From the UHGV virus genome UHGV-0038495: a stretch of DNA of 64,000 bases. One strand, 5' to 3'. Position 1 is the stretch's first letter; each line of letters opens with the position of its first letter. The DNA is from a virus. The notes beneath the pieces were generated by a model. That model was not told the DNA's origin, searched no databases, and saw nothing but the letters and a program-made list of their open reading frames with translations. The translations under genes were made by a program, and so were the position numbers. Shown in pieces: positions 48,167-57,611 of this stretch.

Positions 48167-50164
48167 ATGTATGAATATCTTCAAGATAGAGACTTCCTCC
48201 TTAAGCTGGATCGCGCGAATATTAGAGAACATTGGTGTAAACTTACTTTGCTTTCTTTTGCAGAAGAACCAATTAAAGAAATCCAAGGTTTAATTTCCGG
48301 TGGTTCACTTAATGTTAATGGCAGCGCTGCAATTAGAAGAACTATTAGTTTGACTATGATAGCAAATGAAAAGACTAACGACCTTGAAAATATTGATAAC
48401 TTGATTAGTATTAATAAAAAGATAAAAGTAGAAGTTGGTTTAACGAATCCTTTTAAATCTTATCAGAAAAAATATGGGGATTTGATATGGTTTCCTTGTG
48501 GCGTTTTTGTAATATCTAGCGCGAATATGTCTAACTCTACTAGTGGTTGTTCAATATCTATTTCTGGGAAAGATAAGATGGTTCTTTTAGATGGCTCTGT
48601 TGGAGGCGCACTTCCAGCTTCAGTATCTTTTCACCAGATTGAAGTGGAAGATAATGAGGGCAAGATTTATTATGAATATCCAACTATAAGTCAAATTATT
48701 AGAGAAGCAGTCTTTCATTTTGGTGGAGAATCAGAAGAGAATATATATATTAATGATATAGAAGAAACTGCAAAACTTTTAATTAAATATAAAGGTTCTA
48801 GTCCAATGTATCTTAAAGATGACGGTAGCTATTTCTTTATAGGCGACACTCCGCCAGATAAAGATAGCGCCTGGACTATTTACTCTTCAGGTCAAGATGT
48901 TGGGTATAAGTCAACTCCTTTCACGTATCCGGGAGACTTAACTATGAATGCAGGTCAATCAATAACTAATGTCTTGGATAAAATTGTTAGTGCACTTGGT
49001 GGAAATTTTGAGTATTATTATGACGTATTTGGCAGATTCTTTTTTAAAGCTAAGAAAAATTATTTGAACACTTCTTATACTCCTATTAATGAATTAAATG
49101 GAGAACAGTATATAAACTTTTTTAGCGATAGTAAATATGCTTATTCTTTTAATGATTCTAAGACAGTAATTTCAGTTTCTAAGAACCCATCTTATGATAA
49201 CATTAAAAATGATTACATATGTTGGGGGCAAAAGAAAATTGATAGTTCTTTAACAATAGGAATAAGGTATCATTTGGTTATTGATAAAAAGCCATCTTTA
49301 AACTTATGTTTATTGGATATGTACAAACTCGTTAAAGATAAAAAAATTGTTAGATATGAGTTTGTAGAAAAGGGCGCGGCTGCGCCGTCATTGCCAGAAG
49401 GATTTAAAGATGCAACAGAAGAAGAAAAAGAGGGTTGGATAAAAGTATGTAGCGCTTGTGACTTAGAATGGGCGGATTGGCGCGAAGAACTTTATCGGCG
49501 CGCGTTGGTAAATTATCAAGACTCTAGTTATACGCGCAATACCTATGACGAAGAACTTTTAGCTGAATGGCGCAAACTTTATGACCCAGATAATAAGGAT
49601 TGGATAGAGACGACTGATAATAAGCGTAAGGGATGGAATCCGAACGTATATAATGATCCCGCATCTCTACAATATTGGCTTGACTTCATTGACTCTTCCG
49701 CTCCTATAGGTAGATATAGTGTATCTGAGATCGGGCGCCGCGCGAAGATTAATAATGTCAACACTATTTCTCTCTTGTATCAAACTGAAGTTCCAGATGT
49801 TATTTATGTACTAAATGATAGTAGTAATCAAGCAGAAATTAATGAAGCAAAGAAAAATTTTATATTATATGGACAAAAATATTGTTTATATACTCCACAA
49901 CAAGAAAATTATTTCTTAACATCTACTACAAGTGCAACTGCGTTTGAAAATATAAGAGAATCTCTTTATCAGAATTTGGTTTATAATACTTCAATTTCAA
50001 TTAACTGCGCGCCGATTTATTATTTAGAACCAAATATCTTGATAAAAGTTAGTGATAAATTAAGTAATATAGATGGGGATTATGTTATATCCCAGTTCAG
50101 TTTGCCTCTTGCATATAATGGAACTATGTCTATTACCGCACAAGAAGCGCTGATTAGAGTATAG
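48167..50164 (+). CDS. Baseplate protein (665 aa)
   Basis: Contiguous with the neighbouring tail genes. Function assigned by position only. Confidence 0.4.
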   Translation: MYEYLQDRDFLLKLDRANIREHWCKLTLLSFAEEPIKEIQGLISGGSLNVNGSAAIRRTISLTMIANEKTNDLENIDNLISINKKIKVEVGLTNPFKSYQKKYGDLIWFPCGVFVISSANMSNSTSGCSISISGKDKMVLLDGSVGGALPASVSFHQIEVEDNEGKIYYEYPTISQIIREAVFHFGGESEENIYINDIEETAKLLIKYKGSSPMYLKDDGSYFFIGDTPPDKDSAWTIYSSGQDVGYKSTPFTYPGDLTMNAGQSITNVLDKIVSALGGNFEYYYDVFGRFFFKAKKNYLNTSYTPINELNGEQYINFFSDSKYAYSFNDSKTVISVSKNPSYDNIKNDYICWGQKKIDSSLTIGIRYHLVIDKKPSLNLCLLDMYKLVKDKKIVRYEFVEKGAAAPSLPEGFKDATEEEKEGWIKVCSACDLEWADWREELYRRALVNYQDSSYTRNTYDEELLAEWRKLYDPDNKDWIETTDNKRKGWNPNVYNDPASLQYWLDFIDSSAPIGRYSVSEIGRRAKINNVNTISLLYQTEVPDVIYVLNDSSNQAEINEAKKNFILYGQKYCLYTPQQENYFLTSTTSATAFENIRESLYQNLVYNTSISINCAPIYYLEPNILIKVSDKLSNIDGDYVISQFSLPLAYNGTMSITAQEALIRV

Positions 50165-50178
50165 GAGGTAAAGGAATA

Positions 50179-50808
50179 ATGGCAGTACCAAATCAAATTG
50201 TGTACCGGCTAGAAGATTATAGGGTTGAAGGTGGTTATATAACAACGCCTTCAGGTATAAATATCCATAAAGAAATAGTTTCTCAAATGAAAATGGGTAA
50301 TTTTAGTAAGTTGGGGATACAGGCCCCACCGGGCACAAAATTTCAAATTAATGGAATCTCAATTATGATGGGAAGAACTGGTATATATGAATTGGATGAA
50401 GATGTTCAAGTAGCCACACTGGTTTTTGAGGAAGTACCTAATTATGAAAAAGATGATGAAAAAACTGGAATAGCTTTATCAGAAGGTATTTCGTTAATGA
50501 AAGAAGCCAAAGAGCTTTATAATACTTACATTATTAAAGATGCAGAAACTAATATTGAGAAATATCCTGGCAATATGGATGAAGATAAAAATTTTACAAC
50601 TCAATATTGGCTTGATTACCAAAAAGTTATGACTGGTGGAACACTTTCAAATGGAACTATAATTACAACTGGATATAATACATTAATAGAAAATGCAAGA
50701 AGTCAGCTGCTGCAAGGCGCGAATGGTATTTATGTTGCAAATGGAACGAAAGAACTTAATAATGTTATTATAGACTTTTTAACAGAGAAAGGAGGTAGTG
50801 GTAACTAA
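50179..50808 (+). CDS. Small baseplate or fiber-associated protein
   Basis: 209 aa. RBS taggaggt. Stop overlaps the next start (TAATG). Confidence 0.35.
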   Translation: MAVPNQIVYRLEDYRVEGGYITTPSGINIHKEIVSQMKMGNFSKLGIQAPPGTKFQINGISIMMGRTGIYELDEDVQVATLVFEEVPNYEKDDEKTGIALSEGISLMKEAKELYNTYIIKDAETNIEKYPGNMDEDKNFTTQYWLDYQKVMTGGTLSNGTIITTGYNTLIENARSQLLQGANGIYVANGTKELNNVIIDFLTEKGGSGN

Positions 50809-53105
50809 TGGATATGAGCTTTTATGGCGGCAAGCAAGGAAAAAGTTTTAGAATATCTAAGGTTTTTCAAAATAAAGCCGAATTAATTAGAGATTTAAAC
50901 GCTCGTTGGAATTCAAGTATTGGTATTAATGAATTAGTATTTATTAACTATGGAAATCCGGGGAATAAAGACATAGTGGTTCGCGCAGGAGAAATCATTG
51001 AAATAGATGGTCAAAAACTTCCACCTACACTAAAGGATTTAACTTTATTTGAAAAAAATAGATTTATAGATTTTAATTACGAATTTTCGGTTTATGATGA
51101 AGAGCAAGGACAGTATGTAACCAAAGCTGATGGTAAGCTATTTAATACTACTATTTGGCAAAAGATTTATAAAGATGATATTCCAATTAAGACAGATACT
51201 AAAATTGATCCAATTAAAGGGATAGATAGATATATGATTTCTGATGATTTTGGTGTTGGCTATGAACTTGTAGCTTGTTTAACCGGAAATACGCCAGAGA
51301 TTTCAGTAGAGAGTTCTTGGATTTATACAGACCAAGAGCCAAGGGCATATTTGAATAAAGAGAACTATGATGCTGAAAAACCTTTAATTCATTTTGATTT
51401 ACCTAAAGGAATAACTTTGCTTTATGGACCTGAATTAATAAATCGGAATACAACAGAGTTAAGACTTGATGTAACAGAAAAATTTGGAACTGGTGACTAT
51501 TATATAAATAATACAAATGGAAATACTTATTTATGTACTGCGGTTGGCGCGCAAACAAATGGGAAAAAAGTATATATAGTTAAATACATTGCAACATTAG
51601 CAAGAGAAGTTGATGAAGTTACTATTGAATCTGTAAATCCATACGTATCTGTTGATGGTTCTTGGAAACAGCAAAACGCGGGCGTTCAGAATACTATAAA
51701 TGACGAAACTTGGAATATAAAATTTACTCTACCAAAATTACCAACTCTTTCTACATCCGTAAGTGAATTATTGTCGCCAGCAAATCGACAGAGAATTACA
51801 GTGACTGGCGCGATAAAAGATGCAAATACTTATAATTTTGATTTCACTCTTGCAAAACCGTCCGTTTGGTTAAATGGCGCAGGCGTTCCAGGAAATGCAG
51901 CTGTTGGGGAAGATGGTGATTATTATTTAAACACTGAGACACAAGATGTTTCTTTTAAAAATAATGGTGCTTGGAATTTAGTAACTAACATTAAAGGTGC
52001 TCAAGGTATTCAAGGCATTAAGGGAGATAACGTTGCTATTGTAAATAGTTTTGATTTTGTTTATGATGCAACAGTTACGGGTTATATAAAAGTAGAAGGT
52101 GCAGAAAATACTTACAGAGGTAATTTAGATCCAAGTTCAACGGTGGATTTAGTAAAATTTGGTGAGATTGCCGTAGAAGTTAATGGTAATAAACAGCCAA
52201 AATCTTCTGATTTATTTAATCTTAATTATACCAATGCAAAAGGTGAAGAAAATGCATATTGGTTATTTAAATTAACCAATGATAGTAGTAATAATAAGTG
52301 GAGTTCTATGAGAGTTACTGGTAATGCGGGTTCTCTTGCAACTTTACTTATGAATGAATTTGATGCAGAAAATAGGTCTGATAAAACTTATACTACTGGA
52401 TATATTAATAATAAATTTACAGAAGAAGAAGCAAAAGTAGATGAAAAATTTAGTAACTTTACGATAGATAACATGATTACTACCGCGGCAGCTGTTGCTC
52501 CCAAAGGTGGAGAATTTACCTTTGATATAGGTGAAGGTGTTATTAAGGCAGACCAAAAAGTTGTTTTTAATGTTACTAAAGATGATGACACGGTATTTGA
52601 TGCCGCTTTTTCAAATATACAAAAACAAATAAATGATTTTAAGAACGCAACCATAGATATCGCGCACGGCGGAACTGGTGGTACAACCGTAGAGGAAGCG
52701 CGCATGAATCTTGGGGTGTATAGTAAGACAGAAATTTATAATAAGACTGAGATTGATAAAAAGGAAACTACTTTACAAGAAAGCATAAGTAGTGTTGAGG
52801 ATAAAGCAGCTAAAGCACAAGTCGCAGCAAAAAATGCAACAACTATAGCCTTGAACTTTACAATTCCTTTAAAGAGTTCTGGTACTGGAACTTGGACTAC
52901 GGTAGAAGGAAAAACGAGAGTTGTTTTAAACATAGAACATGGTTTTACAGATACTAATAAACAACCTATGGTTGTTTGCAAAGATAATGAAGATGAATCT
53001 TATCAGAAGATAGAAGAAATTACTTTTGATACTGGCAATATTTCTATTATTATGAGTGAAGAAAATAAAGTAGCGATTAATTTATTTGCTTTCTATCCAC
53101 AATAA
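50808..53105 (+). CDS. Tail fiber protein with short collagen-like segment
   Basis: GAQGIQGIKGDN is a run of G-X-Y triplets. HGGTGGTTVEEARMNLGVY resembles the GGTGA...AR.NLG motif common in phage tail fibers. 765 aa. Confidence 0.55.
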   Translation: MDMSFYGGKQGKSFRISKVFQNKAELIRDLNARWNSSIGINELVFINYGNPGNKDIVVRAGEIIEIDGQKLPPTLKDLTLFEKNRFIDFNYEFSVYDEEQGQYVTKADGKLFNTTIWQKIYKDDIPIKTDTKIDPIKGIDRYMISDDFGVGYELVACLTGNTPEISVESSWIYTDQEPRAYLNKENYDAEKPLIHFDLPKGITLLYGPELINRNTTELRLDVTEKFGTGDYYINNTNGNTYLCTAVGAQTNGKKVYIVKYIATLAREVDEVTIESVNPYVSVDGSWKQQNAGVQNTINDETWNIKFTLPKLPTLSTSVSELLSPANRQRITVTGAIKDANTYNFDFTLAKPSVWLNGAGVPGNAAVGEDGDYYLNTETQDVSFKNNGAWNLVTNIKGAQGIQGIKGDNVAIVNSFDFVYDATVTGYIKVEGAENTYRGNLDPSSTVDLVKFGEIAVEVNGNKQPKSSDLFNLNYTNAKGEENAYWLFKLTNDSSNNKWSSMRVTGNAGSLATLLMNEFDAENRSDKTYTTGYINNKFTEEEAKVDEKFSNFTIDNMITTAAAVAPKGGEFTFDIGEGVIKADQKVVFNVTKDDDTVFDAAFSNIQKQINDFKNATIDIAHGGTGGTTVEEARMNLGVYSKTEIYNKTEIDKKETTLQESISSVEDKAAKAQVAAKNATTIALNFTIPLKSSGTGTWTTVEGKTRVVLNIEHGFTDTNKQPMVVCKDNEDESYQKIEEITFDTGNISIIMSEENKVAINLFAFYPQ

Positions 53106-53150
53106 AAAAAATCCCCTCTACTGTATAATTGTAGAGGGGATTTTTTATTT
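53103..53150. terminator. Bidirectional intrinsic terminator between convergent genes
   Basis: A8, then perfect 10-bp stem tcccctctac/gtagagggga, then T6. Confidence 0.7.
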
Positions 53151-53681
53151 TATTCCTTCAAGATAAAATCTTATATTTAAATCTATATAATCGTCTATAT
53201 TAATTTGTCTTACTTCAGTATAAAATCTGCAATTAGAACAAGAACTAAGTGAATAAGTTTTGGTATTGTTTATAGGAGCGATATAATATTCTTGATTAGA
53301 CATATAAAGGAAAAAAGTACTATGTATATTTTTTGAAAAGGTGAAAGATTTTTTATATTCTGTTGTGTCTCCTTTTGTAGTAAATAAATGATAGATATAA
53401 AACTGTCCTATGTTATCAAACTCAAATGTAATATCCACCCAAACCTGTCCAGACTTATATCCAGCTATTTTAGTAGAGCAACTTCCATCATATATTCCAA
53501 GATTTATATAGTTATAATTTTTCATTTTTTCAATGGGTAAGACAAGTTCAGAAAAAAGACTCTTAGAATGACTCTGCAATGGATCCATATTAAGAGTTAT
53601 TGGGTCAGAAATAAAAAAAATTTCTTTTTTTAAACTTTCTTTACTATTATTTTGACCTAGTAAAATTCCTTTTGTTGCCAT
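53145..53681 (-). CDS. RBP-like paralog 1 (N-terminal MATKGILLGQ)
   Basis: Start placed at the internal Met (RBS caaggag), not the track's 53756. Shares the GILLGQ N-terminal motif with four other ORFs. Confidence 0.5.
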   Translation of the reverse strand: MATKGILLGQNNSKESLKKEIFFISDPITLNMDPLQSHSKSLFSELVLPIEKMKNYNYINLGIYDGSCSTKIAGYKSGQVWVDITFEFDNIGQFYIYHLFTTKGDTTEYKKSFTFSKNIHSTFFLYMSNQEYYIAPINNTKTYSLSSCSNCRFYTEVRQINIDDYIDLNIRFYLEGIK

Positions 53682-53734
53682 GATGTAATCTCCTTGTATT
53701 AGAAATATACACCATTTAAAAGATTTGTAATATT

Positions 53735-54205
53735 TTACAGTTTCATTATAAAACAAAGAGCATAATAAGGCGGCATATTGTTGTGGGAATTTCCTTTACC
53801 GACGGTAGAAGTAGTAGTATCACCAGACATACTACCAGCTTCTAAGCCTGGTAATGTTTTTGCAGAACCGGCATAGCGTGAGGCATATTCTAGGGATATT
53901 CCATTCGTTCCACTTCTATAATCACTATATTGAATTATATCGTGCGTATGATTACCAATATCATGGCTATGACTAGGCATTTGCGCAATAGTAAGAGTAA
54001 CTTCTTTTTCACCACCTGTTGCGCCTACAGTATAATTTTTACCTGCGCCTAATACAAATTTATCTCTTAGATCCGGAGTATTATTACTTCCATTACATAG
54101 CGCCCATCCATTTGGTATATTAGAACTAGAACCAGACCACATACAGATTAGACCCGTGGGGATTGAGCCACCATCGCCTTGACCTAATAAAATACCTGTA
54201 CTCAT
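53735..54205 (-). CDS. RBP-like paralog 2 with phage tail-collar domain
   Basis: MSTGILLGQGDGG... then IPNGWALCNGSN...TPDLRDKFVLGAG matches the tail-collar (MdpB-like) domain. 156 aa. Confidence 0.65.
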   Translation of the reverse strand: MSTGILLGQGDGGSIPTGLICMWSGSSSNIPNGWALCNGSNNTPDLRDKFVLGAGKNYTVGATGGEKEVTLTIAQMPSHSHDIGNHTHDIIQYSDYRSGTNGISLEYASRYAGSAKTLPGLEAGSMSGDTTTSTVGKGNSHNNMPPYYALCFIMKL

Positions 54206-54243
54206 AATAAAGACCTCCTTTATGAGTACAGAATTTTAATTTA

Positions 54244-54696
54244 TTAAAAAATTTTTATTGCTGAAACTATTAACTTGCCAGAATAGACACCTTTACTAGA
54301 AAATTCTAATTGAGAAGGCGAGTCTGTTCGTAAAGTTGTCACAAAATCTTCCCCATTTGCAATTTGGGCAATATAATAAGAACTGTTTTTTGTCCTTGAG
54401 CGAATTTGAAAAAGTTGCCTAAAATTTGTAACTTTAACATTTTTTTCTAAAGTCATTATAATTTTATTATTATATTCTGAATTACTTATTCTTAAATATC
54501 CATAATATTCACTCCCCTGTATAGCAGTTCCTTCTAAAAAAAAAGAAATAAAATCATAGTTATTTAAAATATCTTCCGTCCAGTCAATTCTACCAATATA
54601 AATAGAATCGCTAGATAAAGAAAATTCTGTAACAATATATTTTTCTATTGTGGAGAAACTATCACTTTTCCCAAGTAAAATGCCATTAACTGCCAT
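54244..54696 (-). CDS. RBP-like paralog 3 (MAVNGILLGK)
   Basis: 150 aa. Shares the conserved N-terminal motif, followed by a divergent body. Confidence 0.5.
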   Translation of the reverse strand: MAVNGILLGKSDSFSTIEKYIVTEFSLSSDSIYIGRIDWTEDILNNYDFISFFLEGTAIQGSEYYGYLRISNSEYNNKIIMTLEKNVKVTNFRQLFQIRSRTKNSSYYIAQIANGEDFVTTLRTDSPSQLEFSSKGVYSGKLIVSAIKIF

Positions 54697-54937
54697 AAAG
54701 ACCTCCTTGTCTATTTACAAGAAAATAAAATCAGTAAAATTTTTTGGACAAAAATGGTTCAAGTCGCTGAGTATATTTTTATAATATATAGAGATATAGA
54801 ATATCTTATGCCGGTAAGGGATAACTATATCTCTTACCAATTTTTTTATAATTTTTATAGTTTACAAATGAAAATTTACACTTTTTTACATTTCAAAAAA
54901 GTGTGGGTTTTTAAGACTGATAGAAAGGAGAATTATA

Positions 54938-55476
54938 TGAGTGTAAATGGAATTTTATTAGGACAGAATAATAAAAATGATAATGAAAATGATTTAAACT
55001 TTAAATTTTACAAAACTTTTTCTACATCAGGCAATAGTTGGTCTGACATTGATTTACCTAATGGTTATATATACAAAATTTTTATAAACAAACTTAATGA
55101 TTGGGGAAATAGATATGATTTTATGAACTTACAGATTCAAAATGATAGTACTAACCATTATTATTATTATCCTTCTTCCTTCTTAACAAGCTATAATCCA
55201 AGTCCATGGGGAGTTAACTCAAAAGAATCTTCCAGAAATAATACTTTTAATTTAATTGGAGAATCTCCATATAATAATACTGCAAGCGAAGCCCCTCTTT
55301 ATTTAACAATATGTGCTTTGCCAAGTAAGGGATGGTGTATTGTACAATATCTTAACTCATTAAAGAAATTCGTAGAATGGAAAGTAACTTCGAGTCTTTC
55401 GTTATCATATTATGACAGTTATCAAACCTCTGGAAGAACTATAGCTCAGATTTATCGAACACCTTTTAAGTTTTAA
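54938..55476 (+). CDS. RBP-like paralog 4 (MSVNGILLGQ)
   Basis: Start at ATG 54938 after RBS aaaggag. The track's upstream extension to 54754 lacks an RBS and covers the divergent promoter region. Confidence 0.5.
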
Positions 55477-55522
55477 ATTAATTATTTATTAATTTTATAC
55501 ATTTCTTAAATAATAAAAAGTA

Positions 55523-55531
55523 TGATATAAT
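55523..55531 (+). promoter_or_regulatory. Extended -10 promoter TGATATAAT(ATA), copy 2
   Basis: Same 12-mer as at 31584 and 57567. Confidence 0.4.
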
Positions 55532-55558
55532 ATAAACAAAAGAAAAGGAGATTAACTT

Positions 55559-56044
55559 ATGGCATTATTCAAATTAGTAGATGTTTTACCAAAAGAAAAA
55601 ACTAAAGGATATGTTTATTTACAGCGCGCAGGTGAGAAAAATGCAGTTATGTATGCAGATATATCAGAATCAGAAAGAGTTGGAGTTGCAGCAAACGCAA
55701 TAGTACAAAAGGATGAAATAATAGAAGCTGATGAAGTTGCAACTATTAATGATATCGCAGAATTGCGCGAACAGCTTAATGATCTTTTAATCCAGGTCTC
55801 TATGGGTGCGAAGATGTTCCCAATCACTTTGGAGAAAGGTAAATGGTCCGAAGTCGAGTCACGTTGGATATACGAGGAAGAAATTGCTAGCGTGAACGAT
55901 CCAGAATCTGTAGTAATACAGTGTACTGAAAATGAACGTGAATACAGTTTGATTATGGCTTGTAAGGTAGAAGAAGGAAAAATTCAATTTATAGCAGGAC
56001 ACCAACCGATAAATCCAATCTCAGTATTAGTAATTATAAAATAG
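55559..56044 (+). CDS. Hypothetical protein
   Basis: 161 aa. RBS aaaaggag. Confidence 0.4.
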   Translation: MALFKLVDVLPKEKTKGYVYLQRAGEKNAVMYADISESERVGVAANAIVQKDEIIEADEVATINDIAELREQLNDLLIQVSMGAKMFPITLEKGKWSEVESRWIYEEEIASVNDPESVVIQCTENEREYSLIMACKVEEGKIQFIAGHQPINPISVLVIIK

Positions 56045-56074
56045 AATCGCTTAAATGCGGTTCTATTTTTTTTT
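56044..56074 (+). terminator. Intrinsic terminator
   Basis: gaatcgc/gcggttc stem with one mismatch, followed by T9. Confidence 0.5.
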
Positions 56075-56089
56075 GCCTTTTTTGAGCTT

Positions 56090-56200
56090 GCTGTTTTGTC
56101 GAATGCAATAAGCTGAGCATAGCAATTTGTCGAATCCAGCGGGCTGAGCATAGCAATTTGTCGAAATTTGTAGAATTTTGTCGAAAATTACAGTTACGAA
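56090..56200. repeat. Iteron-like direct repeats TTTGTCGAA (four or five copies), including two 23-bp copies of gctgagcatagcaatttgtcgaa
   Basis: Copies at about 56095, 56127, 56158 and 56179, with a variant tttgtagaa at 56167. The 23-mers are at 56113 and 56142. Confidence 0.6.
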
Positions 56201-56280
56201 TATTCACAATCATCCTCTTATATTTTTTATAACTAATGAAGGGGTTTAAAGTATAATATAAATTCCAAGAAAGGAGAATT

Positions 56281-56703
56281 GTGTTGAACAACAATAATTA
56301 TTACCCCGGCGCACAAGGGATAAATATCCCACCTAGAGCGCCAATTTATAATGCTCCTCCGACAGGTTTGAAGGGTAGACCGGTATCCTCTATAGAAGAG
56401 GCACGAGCAATCGCCATAGACTTTGATGGTGTAATAAACTATTTCCCAGACTTAGCTAATAACCGCATTTACACTAAACAATTTCAAATGGACGGAACTG
56501 CGCCACTTAAAATGTATGTATTAAAAGAGATTCCTAACAACTTTGAATTCTCAGAAGGAGATTATATCACAAGAGAAGAATTCAATAACGTTATATCTAA
56601 GCTAACCGCGCTTTTGCAGCAAAATCAGCAAATTCCGCCTGTAGAAGAACCAACCCCTACGCCTGAACAACCTGCCGCGAAGCCTTTAGATATTAATTTT
56701 TAA
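56281..56703 (+). CDS. Hypothetical protein with Pro-rich C-terminus
   Basis: GTG/TTG start after aaaggag. 140 aa. Confidence 0.4.
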   Translation: MLNNNNYYPGAQGINIPPRAPIYNAPPTGLKGRPVSSIEEARAIAIDFDGVINYFPDLANNRIYTKQFQMDGTAPLKMYVLKEIPNNFEFSEGDYITREEFNNVISKLTALLQQNQQIPPVEEPTPTPEQPAAKPLDINF

Positions 56704-56715
56704 AGGAGGAAAAGA

Positions 56716-56967
56716 ATGAATAATATGCAGATGGACCCTAGACTAAAAGTTATAATGCAACTAAAAAACGGGGCGAATCCACAACAAATTGTAATGAGCA
56801 TGCTACAGCAAAGCGCGTCTCAGAATCCAATGGCTCAAAATTTCTTAGCTCTTGCAAACTCTCATAAAACAAACGATATGGAGCAAATTGTAAGAAATAT
56901 GTATCAAGCCAAAGGATTGGATTTTGACAAGGCAAGCTCAGAATTGAAAGAAATGCTCCGTAGATAG
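56716..56967 (+). CDS. Hypothetical Q/N/M-rich small protein
   Basis: 83 aa. RBS aaaggagg. Confidence 0.4.
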   Translation: MNNMQMDPRLKVIMQLKNGANPQQIVMSMLQQSASQNPMAQNFLALANSHKTNDMEQIVRNMYQAKGLDFDKASSELKEMLRR

Positions 56968-56976
56968 GAGAAATTT

Positions 56977-57504
56977 ATGTTTAACGGTAATACTAATGGT
57001 TATAGTTTAGCAGATATCGCTGCTGCTACTGGTGGTTATGGTAACAGAGATTCAGGCTGGGGCGGCGATGGCTGGTGGTTAATCCTTATCCTCATGTTCT
57101 GTTGGGGTGGCTTCGGTTATGGCGATGGCTTTGGTAGAGGTGGTTTTGGAGGAGGTACAGCAAATTCTCCAGCATTCCAAGGTGCGCTTACTAGAGCAGA
57201 CTTATGTGAAGAAAGTAACTTCAACAATTTATCTCGCGCAATAGAAAGTGGATTTAAGGGTTCTAATGAAGGTTTTGCGTCTGCGGCACTGGCTCGCGCG
57301 AATAACACTGCAGCTTTACAGAGTTCACTTTGTCAAGGTTTTAATACTGTTCAGAACACTATTACTAATGGTGATTATGATATCTTACAGTCTATTAATT
57401 CTAATACTGTTGCAAATATGCAGAATACAAATGCGATTACTGCACAGTTGAATAATATGGCAGCTCAACAGGCTAATTGCTGCTTAACTTCACAGGCAGC
57501 CTAA
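56977..57504 (+). CDS. Gly-rich membrane protein with N/Q/A-rich C-terminal region (paralogous to 58502..58882). 3' end may include intron-derived codons
   Basis: GGYGNRDSGWGGDGWWLILILMFCWGGFGYGDGFGRGGFGGG, then IESGFKGSNEGF...AAQQAN, similar to IAQGFSDLNYN...ASQQAQN of the downstream ORF. Confidence 0.45.
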   Translation: MFNGNTNGYSLADIAAATGGYGNRDSGWGGDGWWLILILMFCWGGFGYGDGFGRGGFGGGTANSPAFQGALTRADLCEESNFNNLSRAIESGFKGSNEGFASAALARANNTAALQSSLCQGFNTVQNTITNGDYDILQSINSNTVANMQNTNAITAQLNNMAAQQANCCLTSQAA

Positions 57505-57566
57505 ACGAGTAATTGTTTAGTTAACAATCCGGTGAATTGCTGGAAGGCTAAGTTTACAAAAAAATA

Positions 57567-57575
57567 TGATATAAT
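57567..57575 (+). promoter_or_regulatory. Extended -10 promoter TGATATAAT(ATA), copy 3
   Basis: Same 12-mer as at 31584 and 55523, about 37 nt upstream of ATG 57612. Confidence 0.4.
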
Positions 57576-57611
57576 ATATACATAAAAATATTTTAAAGGA
57601 GGCATAAACAA

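Noticed and set aside
53682-53756. The 5' extension of 53145..53756 (MFYNETVKYY...)
   Set aside because: The internal Met with RBS caaggag begins the conserved MATKGILLGQ motif. The extension overlaps the 3' end of the neighbouring paralog.
54754-54937. The 5' extension of ORF 54754..55476 listed in the ORF track
   Set aside because: A strong RBS-ATG at 54938 starts the conserved MSVNGILLGQ motif shared with the paralogs. The upstream extension has no RBS and covers the divergent promoter spacer.
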